Shown here: positions 27,463 to 37,806 of the stretch, one piece after another
Position numbering within the stretch: the stretch's first letter is position 1
Layout: each line of letters opens with the position of its first letter
Assembly (NCBI GenBank): GCA_963666365.2
Contig: CAXXNF010000002.1
Coordinates: 864,001 to 928,000, forward strand
Reading direction: 5' to 3'
Origin: Syntrophales bacterium
GTDB taxonomy: Bacteria; Desulfobacterota; Syntrophia; Syntrophales; UBA2210
DNA length: 64,000 bases
Translations under genes and position numbers: made by a program
The notes under the pieces: generated by a model
The model's input: only the letters and a program-made list of their open reading frames with translations
Told to the model about the DNA's origin: nothing
Databases searched by the model: none

Positions 27463-29257
27463 GATCTATAACCTCGCTGATGGCCTGTACTTTACAGAGT
27501 TGTTCACATAGAGAGCAGCCGTTGCAGAGTGTGGCATCGATCACTGCAACCCCTTCCTGCTTCTTTGTCTTTTTTTCAATTGCGCATCCGGGCATATCTT
27601 CAAAACGTCTCCAGGAAATGGCGGGACATCCAAGGCCGAGACAGCTCTTGCAGCCTGTACAGTGGTGAGGATCGATGGCAAAGGGCGGCGATGCCTTCGT
27701 CTGTTTTGATTTTAACAGTGCACAGGGTCCTCTGGAAATTACGAGTGAAGGACCATCCTTATCGAGCGCCTTTTTCAGGACAGCTCTTACGTTTTTAAGA
27801 TCGAAAGGATCGACGACTTGTACATCGTCAACACCCAGGGCAGCGGCAAGTCGTTCAAAATCGAGCGCCTTTGCCTCACGCCCCTGAAGTGTGCGTCCTG
27901 TTCCCGGGTGCTCCTGCATACCCGTCATCGCCGTTGTCCTGTTATCGCAGATCACAATCACGGCGTCACTTCTGTTGTATGCCATATTCAGCAACCCCGT
28001 GATGCCCGAGTGAATAAACGTCGAGTCTCCGATAACGCCTACCACCTTTCCCTTTCCTTTTTCCTTGAGCGCTTTGCTCATACCATGGGCCATTCCGATA
28101 CTGGCGCCCATGCAGATGCAGGAGTCCAGTCCCTCCAGAGGTTTCATGAAAGAAAGCGTGTAACATCCTATATCGCCGGTCACAAAGGTCTTCAGTTTTC
28201 CCAATGCATAAAAAAGGCCCCTGTGGGGACAGCCGGGGCATAGATTGGGCGGCCGCATGGGAAGAGCGGGCAGATGCGCTATCTCTCTTTTCGCTGTACT
28301 GCCGGTGATCGATTGTTCCACTATGCCGGGATCGAATTCATTCGTATAGGGAAATATTTCTTTTCCCACAACGTTGATTCCCATCGCTTTGATCTGGTCT
28401 TCCAGGAAGGGATCCAACTCCTCTACCACGTAAATTGTTTCTACTTGGGCGGCAAATTCCCTGATCAGTTTTTCCGGAAGCGGCCAGATCATGGCCAACT
28501 TCAGGAACGAATATTCAGGAAAGGCCTCTTTCGCATAATTGTAGGCCATTCCCGCCGTAATGATGCCCTGTGTCCTGCTGCGCAATTCCACGCGATTCTC
28601 CTCGAAGGTTTCGTTGAAATCACGAAGCCTGCGGGTTCTTTCCTCGAGAACGATTCTTCTTTCACGGGCCTTTGCGGGAACCATGACATATTTGGATCGA
28701 TCATGCCTGATCCCTGTATGATCCTCACAGACAACCGGTTCTTCGAGCGTGGCGACTGATTTGGAATGCGACACACGCGTGGTTGATCTCAGGAATACCG
28801 GCGTATCAAAACTAAGACTGATTTCGAAGGCTTTTTTAATAAATTTTTTGGCTTCATCGCTATCCGCCGGTTCCAGCATCGGAATTTTGGCAAACCGCGC
28901 ATAATTTCGGTTATCCTGCTCATTTTGGGAACTGTGCATCGACGGATCGTCTGCCGATATTACGACCAATGCGCCGTTTGTCCCTGTATAACTGACGGTA
29001 AACAGGGGGTCGGCAGCCACGTTGACACCCACATGTTTCATCACGGCCATTGCCTTTGCGCCAGCCAGTGCGGCACCGATGGCCACCTCCAAGGCGACCT
29101 TTTCATTGGGCGCCCATTCAGCGTATACACCATCGTAGCGTGAATATTCTTCTATAATTTCAGTGCTGGGCGTACCCGGATAGGCAGCGGCAAAGGTAAC
29201 ACCGCACTCATAGGCGCCGCGAGCAATGGCCTCGTTTCCTGACAATAATGCTTTCAT
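27455..29257 (-). CDS. iorA: Indolepyruvate:ferredoxin oxidoreductase alpha subunit
   Basis: 'GNEAIARGA', 'YPGTPSTE', 'MKHVG', 'CPGCPHR', TPP motif 'GDST', two ferredoxin motifs. Confidence 0.95.
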   Translation of the reverse strand: MKALLSGNEAIARGAYECGVTFAAAYPGTPSTEIIEEYSRYDGVYAEWAPNEKVALEVAIGAALAGAKAMAVMKHVGVNVAADPLFTVSYTGTNGALVVISADDPSMHSSQNEQDNRNYARFAKIPMLEPADSDEAKKFIKKAFEISLSFDTPVFLRSTTRVSHSKSVATLEEPVVCEDHTGIRHDRSKYVMVPAKARERRIVLEERTRRLRDFNETFEENRVELRSRTQGIITAGMAYNYAKEAFPEYSFLKLAMIWPLPEKLIREFAAQVETIYVVEELDPFLEDQIKAMGINVVGKEIFPYTNEFDPGIVEQSITGSTAKREIAHLPALPMRPPNLCPGCPHRGLFYALGKLKTFVTGDIGCYTLSFMKPLEGLDSCICMGASIGMAHGMSKALKEKGKGKVVGVIGDSTFIHSGITGLLNMAYNRSDAVIVICDNRTTAMTGMQEHPGTGRTLQGREAKALDFERLAAALGVDDVQVVDPFDLKNVRAVLKKALDKDGPSLVISRGPCALLKSKQTKASPPFAIDPHHCTGCKSCLGLGCPAISWRRFEDMPGCAIEKKTKKQEGVAVIDATLCNGCSLCEQLCKVQAISEVIDHE

Positions 29258-29278
29258 GACTGTAGCTTCAACCTTTCA

Positions 29279-29968
29279 CTAACTGAGATTTGCGATCTTT
29301 TGTTTCATAAGGCCCTGTATAAAAGGATCGACGTCGTCACCGGCCACCTTTTTGTAATATTCAAGAGCCTTTGCAGAATTTCCCATTTTTTCGTATATAC
29401 GACCGGTATTGGCATAATTAATTATTTTAAAATGCGTTCCCAGAGTGTTCTTTTCGGAATTTTCAAAACTCTTCAGCGCCTTTTCATAGTCTTTTTTTGT
29501 TTCGTAACAATACCCCAGGCCATAATAGGCCAATCCTCTTAACATACTCGATTTGTCCGATTTTTCGAGATAGGACCGATAGGCTGCAATTGATTGATCC
29601 ATATCGCCTGCACTGTAATACAGATTTCCCAGATTATAGAACGCGAGGATGGCTGCCTCACTTGAGGGATATTTTTTCACCAATTCCTCATAAAGATCGA
29701 TGGCCTTTTTGATTGATTCACTGTTCTGCTGACCGCTTTGCTCAATTGTATAAGAGCCGTATGCCCGGGCATACATCTCGCCTGCACGGGATTCGTAATG
29801 AAGGCCGTAGAGATACCATCCGAGGACAGCAACAATGATTGCAACGACAATCCCTGAATAAAGATACACTTCCCTGCGGTGGTGTGCCAAAAAATGAATA
29901 AAACGCCAGGACAGCGTGTGAAATTCATCAGGTTGTTTAAGATCTTTTCTGGAAATTCTGTGTGCCAC
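29279..29968 (-). CDS. Membrane-anchored TPR protein (YfgM-like)
   Basis: 'KDLKQPDEF' N-terminus, one TM helix, TPR repeats; GTG start. Confidence 0.75.
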   Translation of the reverse strand: MAHRISRKDLKQPDEFHTLSWRFIHFLAHHRREVYLYSGIVVAIIVAVLGWYLYGLHYESRAGEMYARAYGSYTIEQSGQQNSESIKKAIDLYEELVKKYPSSEAAILAFYNLGNLYYSAGDMDQSIAAYRSYLEKSDKSSMLRGLAYYGLGYCYETKKDYEKALKSFENSEKNTLGTHFKIINYANTGRIYEKMGNSAKALEYYKKVAGDDVDPFIQGLMKQKIANLS

Positions 29969-29971
29969 GTG

Positions 29972-30391
29972 TCACTCTCCTTCCACATTATTGCAATGCT
30001 TCAATTTGTCCATCATCATCTTCGGAATGCGCACCACTTTACCCGTCCCGTTCGTACAGGCGTGCAGGGTGGATCCCCGCACAAGCAGTCGCCGTTTTTT
30101 TTCATCGAAAATTCGATAACCGAACTCGATGCTTGCCCGTTTGACGTCGTGTATCGTTGTCTCCACAATCAAAAGATCGTCATACCGTGCCGGCAGCAGG
30201 TAATGACAACAAATTTTCGTCAGCGGCAGATAGTAAGGAAATGATTCCCCATTTTCGCCAATCACGCCAAGTTCACGGCACAACTCCGTTCTCCCTGCTT
30301 CGAACCACCTGACATAACTTGCGTGATATACGATGCCCATCGCATCAGTGTCGGCATAAATAACCCTAATGCTCACTTCGCCGGTTTTCAA
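29972..30391 (-). CDS. Acyl-CoA thioesterase (YbgC/4HBT family)
   Basis: 'RVIYADTDAMGIVYHASY..WFEAGR'. Confidence 0.9.
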   Translation of the reverse strand: MKTGEVSIRVIYADTDAMGIVYHASYVRWFEAGRTELCRELGVIGENGESFPYYLPLTKICCHYLLPARYDDLLIVETTIHDVKRASIEFGYRIFDEKKRRLLVRGSTLHACTNGTGKVVRIPKMMMDKLKHCNNVEGE

Positions 30392-31607
30392 TAAAATTCC
30401 CCCAGCTCTTAATGAAGTATTCCATTAGCAAATAGCCTGGAGATACTGTAATTCCAGACTTATTTGCACTTGTTTCCCCGAACGGACATCGCTGCCTCAG
30501 ATTCTCCTGCTCACGGGACGAGAACACGGCAAAGGGACTCGGGTCCGCCACGTGGGTTTTCATACTTACCGGCGTTGGGTGATCGCTCAGCACCATGATT
30601 CTGAATTCACCCAGTTTCCGCAATCCCTTTAACACGGTATCAACTACATCACTATCAAAATATTCTATCGCCTGAATTTTTCTTTTGTAATCACCCTCAT
30701 GTCCCATTTCGTCAGGGGCCTCCACATGGAGGAATACAAAATCCCCTTTCTCAAGGTATTGCAATGCGCGCTCTGCTTTCCCCCGGTAGTTCGTATCCAG
30801 GTATCCGGTGGCCCCTTCTACTTCAAGCGGTTCAAGGCCCGCATAGACACCAATGCCTTTCAGCAGGTCAACCGCCGATATAACGGCGCCCCGAATGTGG
30901 TAGCGATCGGTAAGGGGTGCAATGTGAGGGGCGCCGCCCTCACCCCAGAGCCAAATTGATGTTGCCGGTTTTTTCCCCTCAAGAATCCTCTGCCTGTTTA
31001 CAGGGTGGTCGACCAGTACGTTTCGGGACTGCACCATAAGTTCTTTTATGTATCCGGCGCCCTCCCCCCGTGGAAGAAAGGGATCAACCTCTTGACCCAC
31101 AATATCGTGGGGGGGAGTGGTATTCAGCGAAAGAGGGGCGCCGCTCCATACCATAAGGTGCCGATAGCCCACACCGGGGTAAAAGGCAATATGGGGTGCG
31201 CCCAATTCCCTGTTAAGATCGCCAATGAGTGACCTCGCTTCCTCGGAGGATATGTGACCGGCGGTAAAATCATCCATGCGATCCGAGCCGACATTGGCAG
31301 TACCGAGTGTAACCAGATTACAGCGAAAGGCGACATCGCGAGACGCCAGGGCAACCCCCATGCTGGCCGCTTCGAGCGGTCCGCGGCCGGAATGGGCTTC
31401 CAGAGGGTCATATCCCAAGACAGAGAGATTCGCCACATCGCTTCCCGGTGTAAACCCTGCGGGGATGGTATCGATACGCCCGATTGTCCCTTCTCCTGCA
31501 ATGAGATCCATTGCAGGAGTACGGGCCGCTTCAATGACCGTTTTCCCGCTGAGTTCATCGATGGGATAGTCTGCCATTCCATCGCCGAGAAGAATCACAT
31601 ATTTCAT
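30366..31607 (-). CDS. apgM: Cofactor-independent phosphoglycerate mutase (ApgM family)
   Basis: 'GDGMAD', 'PGSDVANL', 'HVEAPDEMGH', 'SDH.TP'; follows hom, as is common. Confidence 0.9.
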   Translation of the reverse strand: MKYVILLGDGMADYPIDELSGKTVIEAARTPAMDLIAGEGTIGRIDTIPAGFTPGSDVANLSVLGYDPLEAHSGRGPLEAASMGVALASRDVAFRCNLVTLGTANVGSDRMDDFTAGHISSEEARSLIGDLNRELGAPHIAFYPGVGYRHLMVWSGAPLSLNTTPPHDIVGQEVDPFLPRGEGAGYIKELMVQSRNVLVDHPVNRQRILEGKKPATSIWLWGEGGAPHIAPLTDRYHIRGAVISAVDLLKGIGVYAGLEPLEVEGATGYLDTNYRGKAERALQYLEKGDFVFLHVEAPDEMGHEGDYKRKIQAIEYFDSDVVDTVLKGLRKLGEFRIMVLSDHPTPVSMKTHVADPSPFAVFSSREQENLRQRCPFGETSANKSGITVSPGYLLMEYFIKSWGNFIENRRSEH

Positions 31608-32920
31608 TGCGCCCTCTCATCCTCTATTCTGATTAAGACCGTTTTATCCTGCACGATATCTAATGTATCAATTTCGCACAGCGCCTCACGCACATCTTTT
31701 TCTCTCGATTCATGGGTGGTCATTACCACGGGAACGGCCCCTTCGTCTCTTCTGCCCTTCTGAATGACCGACGCAATGCTGATGGAATATTTGCCCAGTA
31801 TGCCGGATATTCTCGACAGCACGCCGGGTCTGTCGAGCGCCGAAAATCTGAAATAGTACTTCGTATGCACATCATCCATGGGAAGCAGTGCAATGTCGTC
31901 GATTTGATCCTTCTTATAGGCGCGAAGGGGCACCCTGCGCCATACCTTCTTTTCCATATCCCTTGCAATATCAATAATATCGCTCACCACCGCGCTTGCG
32001 GTGGGATTCATACCGGCCCCCTGCCCATAAAGAAGGACCGACCCCGCATAATCTCCGTCAAAATGGAAGGCGTTGAAGTTCCCGTTTACGCTTGACAGGA
32101 GATGATCGAAGGGAATCATTGTGGGATGTATCCGGGCCTCTATTTCTTCTCCCCGTTGAATTGCAATGGCAAGAAGTTTGATGCGATATCCCAATTGACC
32201 GGCAAATTCCACATCCTGCTGATCGAGATGAGCGATTCCTTCACGATAAATATCAGGAAGATTTACCCTCTTCCCATATGACAGCGCCAGAGATATCGCC
32301 AGTTTATGGGCGGTATCGATGCCTTCGACATCGTATGTCGGATCGGCCTCGGCAAATCCCAGCCTTTGCGCTTCCTTCAACACTTCTTCAAAGGGCAGCC
32401 CTTCATCGGTCATCCTGGAGAGGATATAATTGCAGGTACCGTTCATGATTCCGAAAATAGAAACGATATTGTTGGCCGCAAGGCTTTCCTTCAGTGTTTT
32501 GATTACCGGTATCGCCCCTCCCACACTTGCTTCAAATCCTATATTCACCATCTCGGCATCGGCGGTTTCATATATTTCATTCCCGCAAGTGGCAAGAAGC
32601 GCCTTGTTTGCGGTCACTACATGCTTCTTGTGCTTCATCGCTTCAATGATGAATGTCTTCGCAGGTTCCAGACCTCCCACCAGTTCGATCACGATATCGA
32701 TCTCGGGATCATTCATTATTGCTTCTACGTTATCAGTAAGGACGGCATCTGCTGTGGATACTGAGCGCGGCGACATAATATCCTTATCGGCTATAGTCTT
32801 GATCACAAGCGACGCACCAAGACGCTTTTCAATCAAGGATCTGTTCTTTTGCAAGAGATCGACCACTCCCGAGCCTACGGTTCCGAACCCTATCAATCCG
32901 ACTTTAATAATTTTTTTCAC
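31604..32920 (-). CDS. hom: Homoserine dehydrogenase with ACT domain
   Basis: GTG start at 32920; 'GFGTVG', 'TANK', 'FEASVGGAIP', 'NGTCNYIL', 'DRPGVL'. Confidence 0.95.
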   Translation of the reverse strand: MKKIIKVGLIGFGTVGSGVVDLLQKNRSLIEKRLGASLVIKTIADKDIMSPRSVSTADAVLTDNVEAIMNDPEIDIVIELVGGLEPAKTFIIEAMKHKKHVVTANKALLATCGNEIYETADAEMVNIGFEASVGGAIPVIKTLKESLAANNIVSIFGIMNGTCNYILSRMTDEGLPFEEVLKEAQRLGFAEADPTYDVEGIDTAHKLAISLALSYGKRVNLPDIYREGIAHLDQQDVEFAGQLGYRIKLLAIAIQRGEEIEARIHPTMIPFDHLLSSVNGNFNAFHFDGDYAGSVLLYGQGAGMNPTASAVVSDIIDIARDMEKKVWRRVPLRAYKKDQIDDIALLPMDDVHTKYYFRFSALDRPGVLSRISGILGKYSISIASVIQKGRRDEGAVPVVMTTHESREKDVREALCEIDTLDIVQDKTVLIRIEDERAQ

Positions 32921-32961
32921 TCCCCACACCTTCCGATCATGCTTGTATGAGTACCATGCTT

Positions 32962-35421
32962 TCAGCCCGTCTTTGCCAATTCGAGACGATCCTTCCACCT
33001 TCTGAGCAACACTTCTCTGAGCAGGATATGTTCAGAGTCCTCGAGATGAGGATCTTTATTGCTCAGCCGGAAGGCTTCCTTGCGCGCTCTGTCGAGAAGT
33101 TCGCCGTCACGCAAGATGTTGGCGACGCGGAAATCGGGAAGACCCGATTGCCGAACCCCCATGAACTCGCCGGGGCCCCTGATTGCCAGGTCCTCTTCGG
33201 CGATCCGGAACCCATCGGCGGTTTGTTCCATGATGCGCAGTCGCCTGCGGGCATCTTCAGATCCCAAGTGATGTGCCACCAGAATACAGGAGGACTCGCT
33301 CGCGCCTCTTCCCACTCGTCCTCTCAACTGATGCAGTTGTGAAAGACCGAACCGTTCTGCATGCTCTATCACCATCAGCGATGCTCTCGGAATGTCGATG
33401 CCCACCTCTATGACGGTAGTCGACACGAGTATGTCAATGGCGCCGTTTCTGAAATCACCCATGATTCGGTCTTTTTCGTCCCCCTTCATCCGACCGTGCA
33501 CTAAACCGACTCGGAAATCGGGGAATATGTCCTTTTGCAGGTGCGCAGCCATGGTGGTGGCATCTTTGAGATCCAGCACCTCCGATTCCTCCACAAGAGG
33601 ATAGACAATAAACACCTGGTTCCCTTTTTTTATTTCCTGGTCGATACACGCATATACAAGATCTATCCTTTTTTCGAAATAGAGCTTTGTTTTGATGGGC
33701 TTCTTTGCCGGAGGCATCTGATCTATCACGGACACATCAAGGTCTCCATAGACGGTCATGGCCAATGTTCTTGGAATCGGAGTCGCCGTCATTACAAGCA
33801 CATCGGGAACAACGCCCTTGTCTCTCATGACCGCACGCTGGCGCACGCCGAAACGATGTTGTTCATCTATCACGACAAAGCCAAGCCTTTTGAAAATCAC
33901 CCCTTCCTGAATCAGGCTATGCGTGCCGATTATAATATCCGCTTCGCCCTTTTGAATTTGTTCGACTGCTACATACCGTTCTCTCGCCTTCATTGAGCCG
34001 GTCAGGAGCACTGCCGAGAGACCGAGCATCTTCGCCCAGCCTCCGATGTTGCGATAATGCTGCTCCGCCAGCATCTCCGTCGGCGCCATGATTGCCGATT
34101 GAAAACGGTTTTCAGACGCCACGATCATAGGAACCATCGACACAACCGTTTTGCCGCTTCCCACATCTCCCTGGAGAAGACGGTTCATCGGATATTCACG
34201 CTTCATATCTTCAAGGATTTCATCTATAACCCGCTTTTGGGCATGGGTCAACTCAAAGGGAAGGGCCTCATAAAATTTCCCAATCATGGAACCGCCCGTT
34301 ACAAAAGAATTTCCTTTCTCAACAACATTGCCCCGCTTTTTCAGCGCCATGCCCAGTTCGAAGAAAAAGAACTCATCAAACACCAATCTCCGATGCGACG
34401 GTGTTTTCATACGGTTCAACATCTCCATATCTGCATTGGATTCGGGGAAATGAACCTTTTTTACGGCATCCGCCATGCCGGGAAGACGCAGGCGTGTACA
34501 AATGTCGTCGGGAATCGGGCTGATAATGTACCGGGCGTAATCGTTGACAACTCTCATCATGATCCGACGCAGGTATTTTTGATTAAGCCCTTCCGTTTCC
34601 GAGTAAATCGGAACAATTCTTTTTACATGAAGGGAATCGTCGTCTTCGGAATCCAGTCTTTCATAGTCTGGGTGGAAAATATTACGTTCGAAAAGGGATC
34701 CCCTTACCTCTCCGATCAGAAAAAACCGCTCCCCTGTTTTAAATGTGCGCTGCAGATAGCTGAAATTACCGCGAAACCACTTCGCCGTCACCGCGCCGCT
34801 TCCATCATCGAAGATCACTTCGAATACACTCTTGTATCGATAGCGTTTCACCTCTGCGCTGACAACGGTTCCCAGCATTGTTTCAACGTTTCCGATTGCA
34901 GCATCCCCGATCCGTGTAATGTGTCTGCGGTCTTCATATTGACGGGGAAGGAAATAGAGCATGTCCTCAATTGTGTGAATCCCTTTTTTTACAAGCAGTG
35001 TCGCCATTTTTGGCCCCACGCCCTTCACAAATTGAATCGGTTGAGCCAGCGTATCAAAGCATCCCTTGCTGTCGACGATCACATTGTTCCCGGTCGAACA
35101 GACCAATCGCCCTCCATCATTCATCAGGTGTTTCAGTTCGTTGAAACACTGGATGGTCGAAACAAGACAGGCCTTTTTCGCTTCACTGTCGGCGTGGTCA
35201 AACCCCTGAAAGGCCCTTTCCATGTGTTCTCTAATCACGCGAGCTCTTTCGCGGAAATGTGGCTCTCCATCCAATGCATCCTCCGCATCGCTCATTTTCG
35301 AGAAAAACCCTCTCATAGTGCCTTCGAAATCCTTGACCAGCCCGATGTTTCTGAATGAATTTCCCGCAAGAAATGAAAGAGGGGCCTCCATGAGGGCTAT
35401 GATTTCCTTGTAATTATTCAT
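32962..35421 (-). CDS. recG: ATP-dependent DNA helicase RecG
   Basis: 'QGDVGSGKT', 'DEQHRFG', 'TATPIPRT', 'QLRGRVGRG', wedge domain. Confidence 0.96.
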   Translation of the reverse strand: MNNYKEIIALMEAPLSFLAGNSFRNIGLVKDFEGTMRGFFSKMSDAEDALDGEPHFRERARVIREHMERAFQGFDHADSEAKKACLVSTIQCFNELKHLMNDGGRLVCSTGNNVIVDSKGCFDTLAQPIQFVKGVGPKMATLLVKKGIHTIEDMLYFLPRQYEDRRHITRIGDAAIGNVETMLGTVVSAEVKRYRYKSVFEVIFDDGSGAVTAKWFRGNFSYLQRTFKTGERFFLIGEVRGSLFERNIFHPDYERLDSEDDDSLHVKRIVPIYSETEGLNQKYLRRIMMRVVNDYARYIISPIPDDICTRLRLPGMADAVKKVHFPESNADMEMLNRMKTPSHRRLVFDEFFFFELGMALKKRGNVVEKGNSFVTGGSMIGKFYEALPFELTHAQKRVIDEILEDMKREYPMNRLLQGDVGSGKTVVSMVPMIVASENRFQSAIMAPTEMLAEQHYRNIGGWAKMLGLSAVLLTGSMKARERYVAVEQIQKGEADIIIGTHSLIQEGVIFKRLGFVVIDEQHRFGVRQRAVMRDKGVVPDVLVMTATPIPRTLAMTVYGDLDVSVIDQMPPAKKPIKTKLYFEKRIDLVYACIDQEIKKGNQVFIVYPLVEESEVLDLKDATTMAAHLQKDIFPDFRVGLVHGRMKGDEKDRIMGDFRNGAIDILVSTTVIEVGIDIPRASLMVIEHAERFGLSQLHQLRGRVGRGASESSCILVAHHLGSEDARRRLRIMEQTADGFRIAEEDLAIRGPGEFMGVRQSGLPDFRVANILRDGELLDRARKEAFRLSNKDPHLEDSEHILLREVLLRRWKDRLELAKTG

Positions 35422-35572
35422 TCACTTACGCCTCAAAGCACCGATATTTGGGCCATTAAGACTGCGAATTATTAGCAGAAACGCAGTACTTTGACAAGGA
35501 AAGAATTGACATTTTAAACGATTAGGGTTATCTACAGAGTATTATTTCGCTCAGAGGAAAGGACCCTGGGTT

Positions 35573-36619
35573 ATGGAGAAAAAAGGAACATCATACAAAG
35601 AAGCGGGCGTTGATATCGATCGGGCGAATGCATTTATTGATCGAATCAAGCCGCTTGTAAATACTGCCACACGGAAAGGGGTTTTAGGAAAAATCGGAAG
35701 CTTCGGCGGTCTGTTCCATCTGGATATTGAAACATATAAAAACCCCGTATTGGTCTCAACCACAGACGGGGTGGGCACAAAACTACTTATCGCCCATCAG
35801 ATGGACAAGCACGATACGGTAGGGGTCGACCTCGTGGCCATGAGCGTGAACGATCTCATTGTACAGGGTGCGGAACCGCTCTTCTTCCTCGATTACATCG
35901 CCACTGGAAAGATCGACACCGAAAAAAGCGTCGCGATTATTGAAGGTATTGCACAGGGATGCAGAGAATCCGGGTGTGCCCTTATCGGCGGCGAAACGGC
36001 TGAAATGCCGGGTTTTTACAATGATGAAGAGTACGATCTGGCCGGTTTCTGTGTCGGCGTGGTGGACTATGACAAGATTATCGACGGCTCCGATATTCGT
36101 GTGGGAGACAAAATCATCGGTCTGGCTTCAAGCGGTATTCACAGCAACGGCTATTCTCTTGTCAGAAAGGTCTTTTTCGAAAAGGCAAAACTGACGGTTC
36201 ATGATCGAGTTGACGGTCTGGATGATACCCTGGGTCTTGAATTGCTTCGCCCGACAAGAATATACACAAAATCCATTTTAAATCTGATTAAAAATCTGCC
36301 CGTGAGCGGGCTTGTTCATATCACCGGGGGGGGGTTTATAGATAATATCCCCCGGATACTGCACGACCCTTGCCGGGCGATCATTGAGAGAAACAGTTGG
36401 CCCATACCTCCGATTTTTCAGATTATTCAGGATATCGGGAAAATAGAAGAATCGGAAATGTGCAGGGTGTTCAATATGGGTATAGGAATGATAGTGGTCG
36501 TCCATGATGAAGATGCCGACGACGCCCTTGAACGTTTGAATTTACTTGGCGAGAAGGCCTTTTTCATCGGCACGGTTGCACAGCGAAGCGAAACGGAACA
36601 ACCGGTGGTATTCATATAG
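35573..36619 (+). CDS. purM: Phosphoribosylformylglycinamidine cyclo-ligase
   Basis: 'YKEAGVDI', 'DGVGTK', 'GGETAEMPG', 'HITGGG', 'FNMGIG'. Confidence 0.97.
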   Translation: MEKKGTSYKEAGVDIDRANAFIDRIKPLVNTATRKGVLGKIGSFGGLFHLDIETYKNPVLVSTTDGVGTKLLIAHQMDKHDTVGVDLVAMSVNDLIVQGAEPLFFLDYIATGKIDTEKSVAIIEGIAQGCRESGCALIGGETAEMPGFYNDEEYDLAGFCVGVVDYDKIIDGSDIRVGDKIIGLASSGIHSNGYSLVRKVFFEKAKLTVHDRVDGLDDTLGLELLRPTRIYTKSILNLIKNLPVSGLVHITGGGFIDNIPRILHDPCRAIIERNSWPIPPIFQIIQDIGKIEESEMCRVFNMGIGMIVVVHDEDADDALERLNLLGEKAFFIGTVAQRSETEQPVVFI

Positions 36620-36621
36620 AA

Positions 36622-37287
36622 ATGAGGAAGAAACTTACTATTGGCGTGCTTGTTTCGGGAAGCGGATCGAATCTTCAATCCATCATCGATAAGATTGAGG
36701 AGGGAACGCTCGATGCCTCCATCAGCATTGTGATCAGCAATATTTCAGACGCCTACGCGCTCGAAAGGGCCAGGCGGCATAATATCAAGTCGGTTGTTGT
36801 CGATCACCGGCAATTCAAGACCCGTGAGGAATTTGAAAAGAAACTGATTGGCCTGTTGCGAGCCCATTCGGTTGAACTGGTTATAATGGCGGGATTCATG
36901 AGAATACTCTCCTCTCTTTTTTTGCAGACCTTTCCCTCTAGAATTATGAACATTCACCCGGCGCTTCTCCCCTCTTTTCAAGGTCTTCACGGTCAAAAGC
37001 AGGCCTTTGATTACGGTGTAAAATTTTCAGGATGCACGGTTCACTTCGCCGACGACGGCGTTGATACCGGTCCTATAATCATGCAGGCTATTGTTCCTGT
37101 TTTTGACAACGACACAGCCGACACGCTTCAACAGAGGATACTGAAGGAAGAACATCGCCTGTTTCCTCAGGCAATTCAATTTTATGCAGAAGGCCGGATT
37201 CAAATTGAGGGAAGAAAGGTTCGCATAATAGACGCAACCAACATTGAGGATCTTCCATTACATAATCCTCCAATAGAACGCTTTTAA
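36622..37287 (+). CDS. purN: Phosphoribosylglycinamide formyltransferase
   Basis: 'SGSGSNLQ', 'NIHPALLP', 'GCTVHF..D.GPII'. Confidence 0.97.
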   Translation: MRKKLTIGVLVSGSGSNLQSIIDKIEEGTLDASISIVISNISDAYALERARRHNIKSVVVDHRQFKTREEFEKKLIGLLRAHSVELVIMAGFMRILSSLFLQTFPSRIMNIHPALLPSFQGLHGQKQAFDYGVKFSGCTVHFADDGVDTGPIIMQAIVPVFDNDTADTLQQRILKEEHRLFPQAIQFYAEGRIQIEGRKVRIIDATNIEDLPLHNPPIERF

Positions 37288-37293
37288 TCTGCC

Positions 37294-37731
37294 ATGATAC
37301 TTATCAGCGCCTGTCTTTTGGGAGTCTGTTGCCGTTTCGATGGAAAAAACAGTGCCCATCAGGACATTCAGATATTGCACACACAAGAGGTTCTGATTCC
37401 GGTCTGTCCCGAACAACTGGGAGGACTTCCTACTCCCCGCTCACCCGCCGAAATAAAGAAAGGCAACGGGATGGACGTACTTTTAAAGAGGGCCCGCGTG
37501 ATAAATGCCGAAGGACTTGATGTGTCGACCCAATTTATAACCGGCGCTGAACAGGCCCTTTTTATTGTTCGTGCCCTTGGCGTTGACCGGGCCATACTGA
37601 AAGAACGGAGTCCTTCCTGCGGCACTCATTACATTAAAAGGGGCGGCAGAACGATTGAAGGCATTGGAGTTACCGCGGCGCTTCTGAAAAAACACGGCAT
37701 ACAGATAATCTCCTCGGAGGAAGTGAATTAG
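37294..37731 (+). CDS. DUF523 family (2-thiouracil desulfurase-like)
   Basis: 'SACLLG..CRFDG', 'CPEQLGGLPTPR', 'KERSPSCG'. Confidence 0.88.
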   Translation: MILISACLLGVCCRFDGKNSAHQDIQILHTQEVLIPVCPEQLGGLPTPRSPAEIKKGNGMDVLLKRARVINAEGLDVSTQFITGAEQALFIVRALGVDRAILKERSPSCGTHYIKRGGRTIEGIGVTAALLKKHGIQIISSEEVN

Positions 37732-37806
37732 TGCCCATGCGCGGGTTCGAAGGAGATATTTTGACGGCGTCGGCCGCATTAAAAACAGCAACGGGGGGTT
37801 CTACCT

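Noticed and set aside
32921..32998. N-terminal extension of homoserine dehydrogenase in the ORF track
   Set aside because: Overlaps the recG 3' end; the Rossmann motif starts right after the GTG at 32920.
34057..35358. 433-aa ORF on +
   Set aside because: Antisense shadow of recG with no recognisable motifs.
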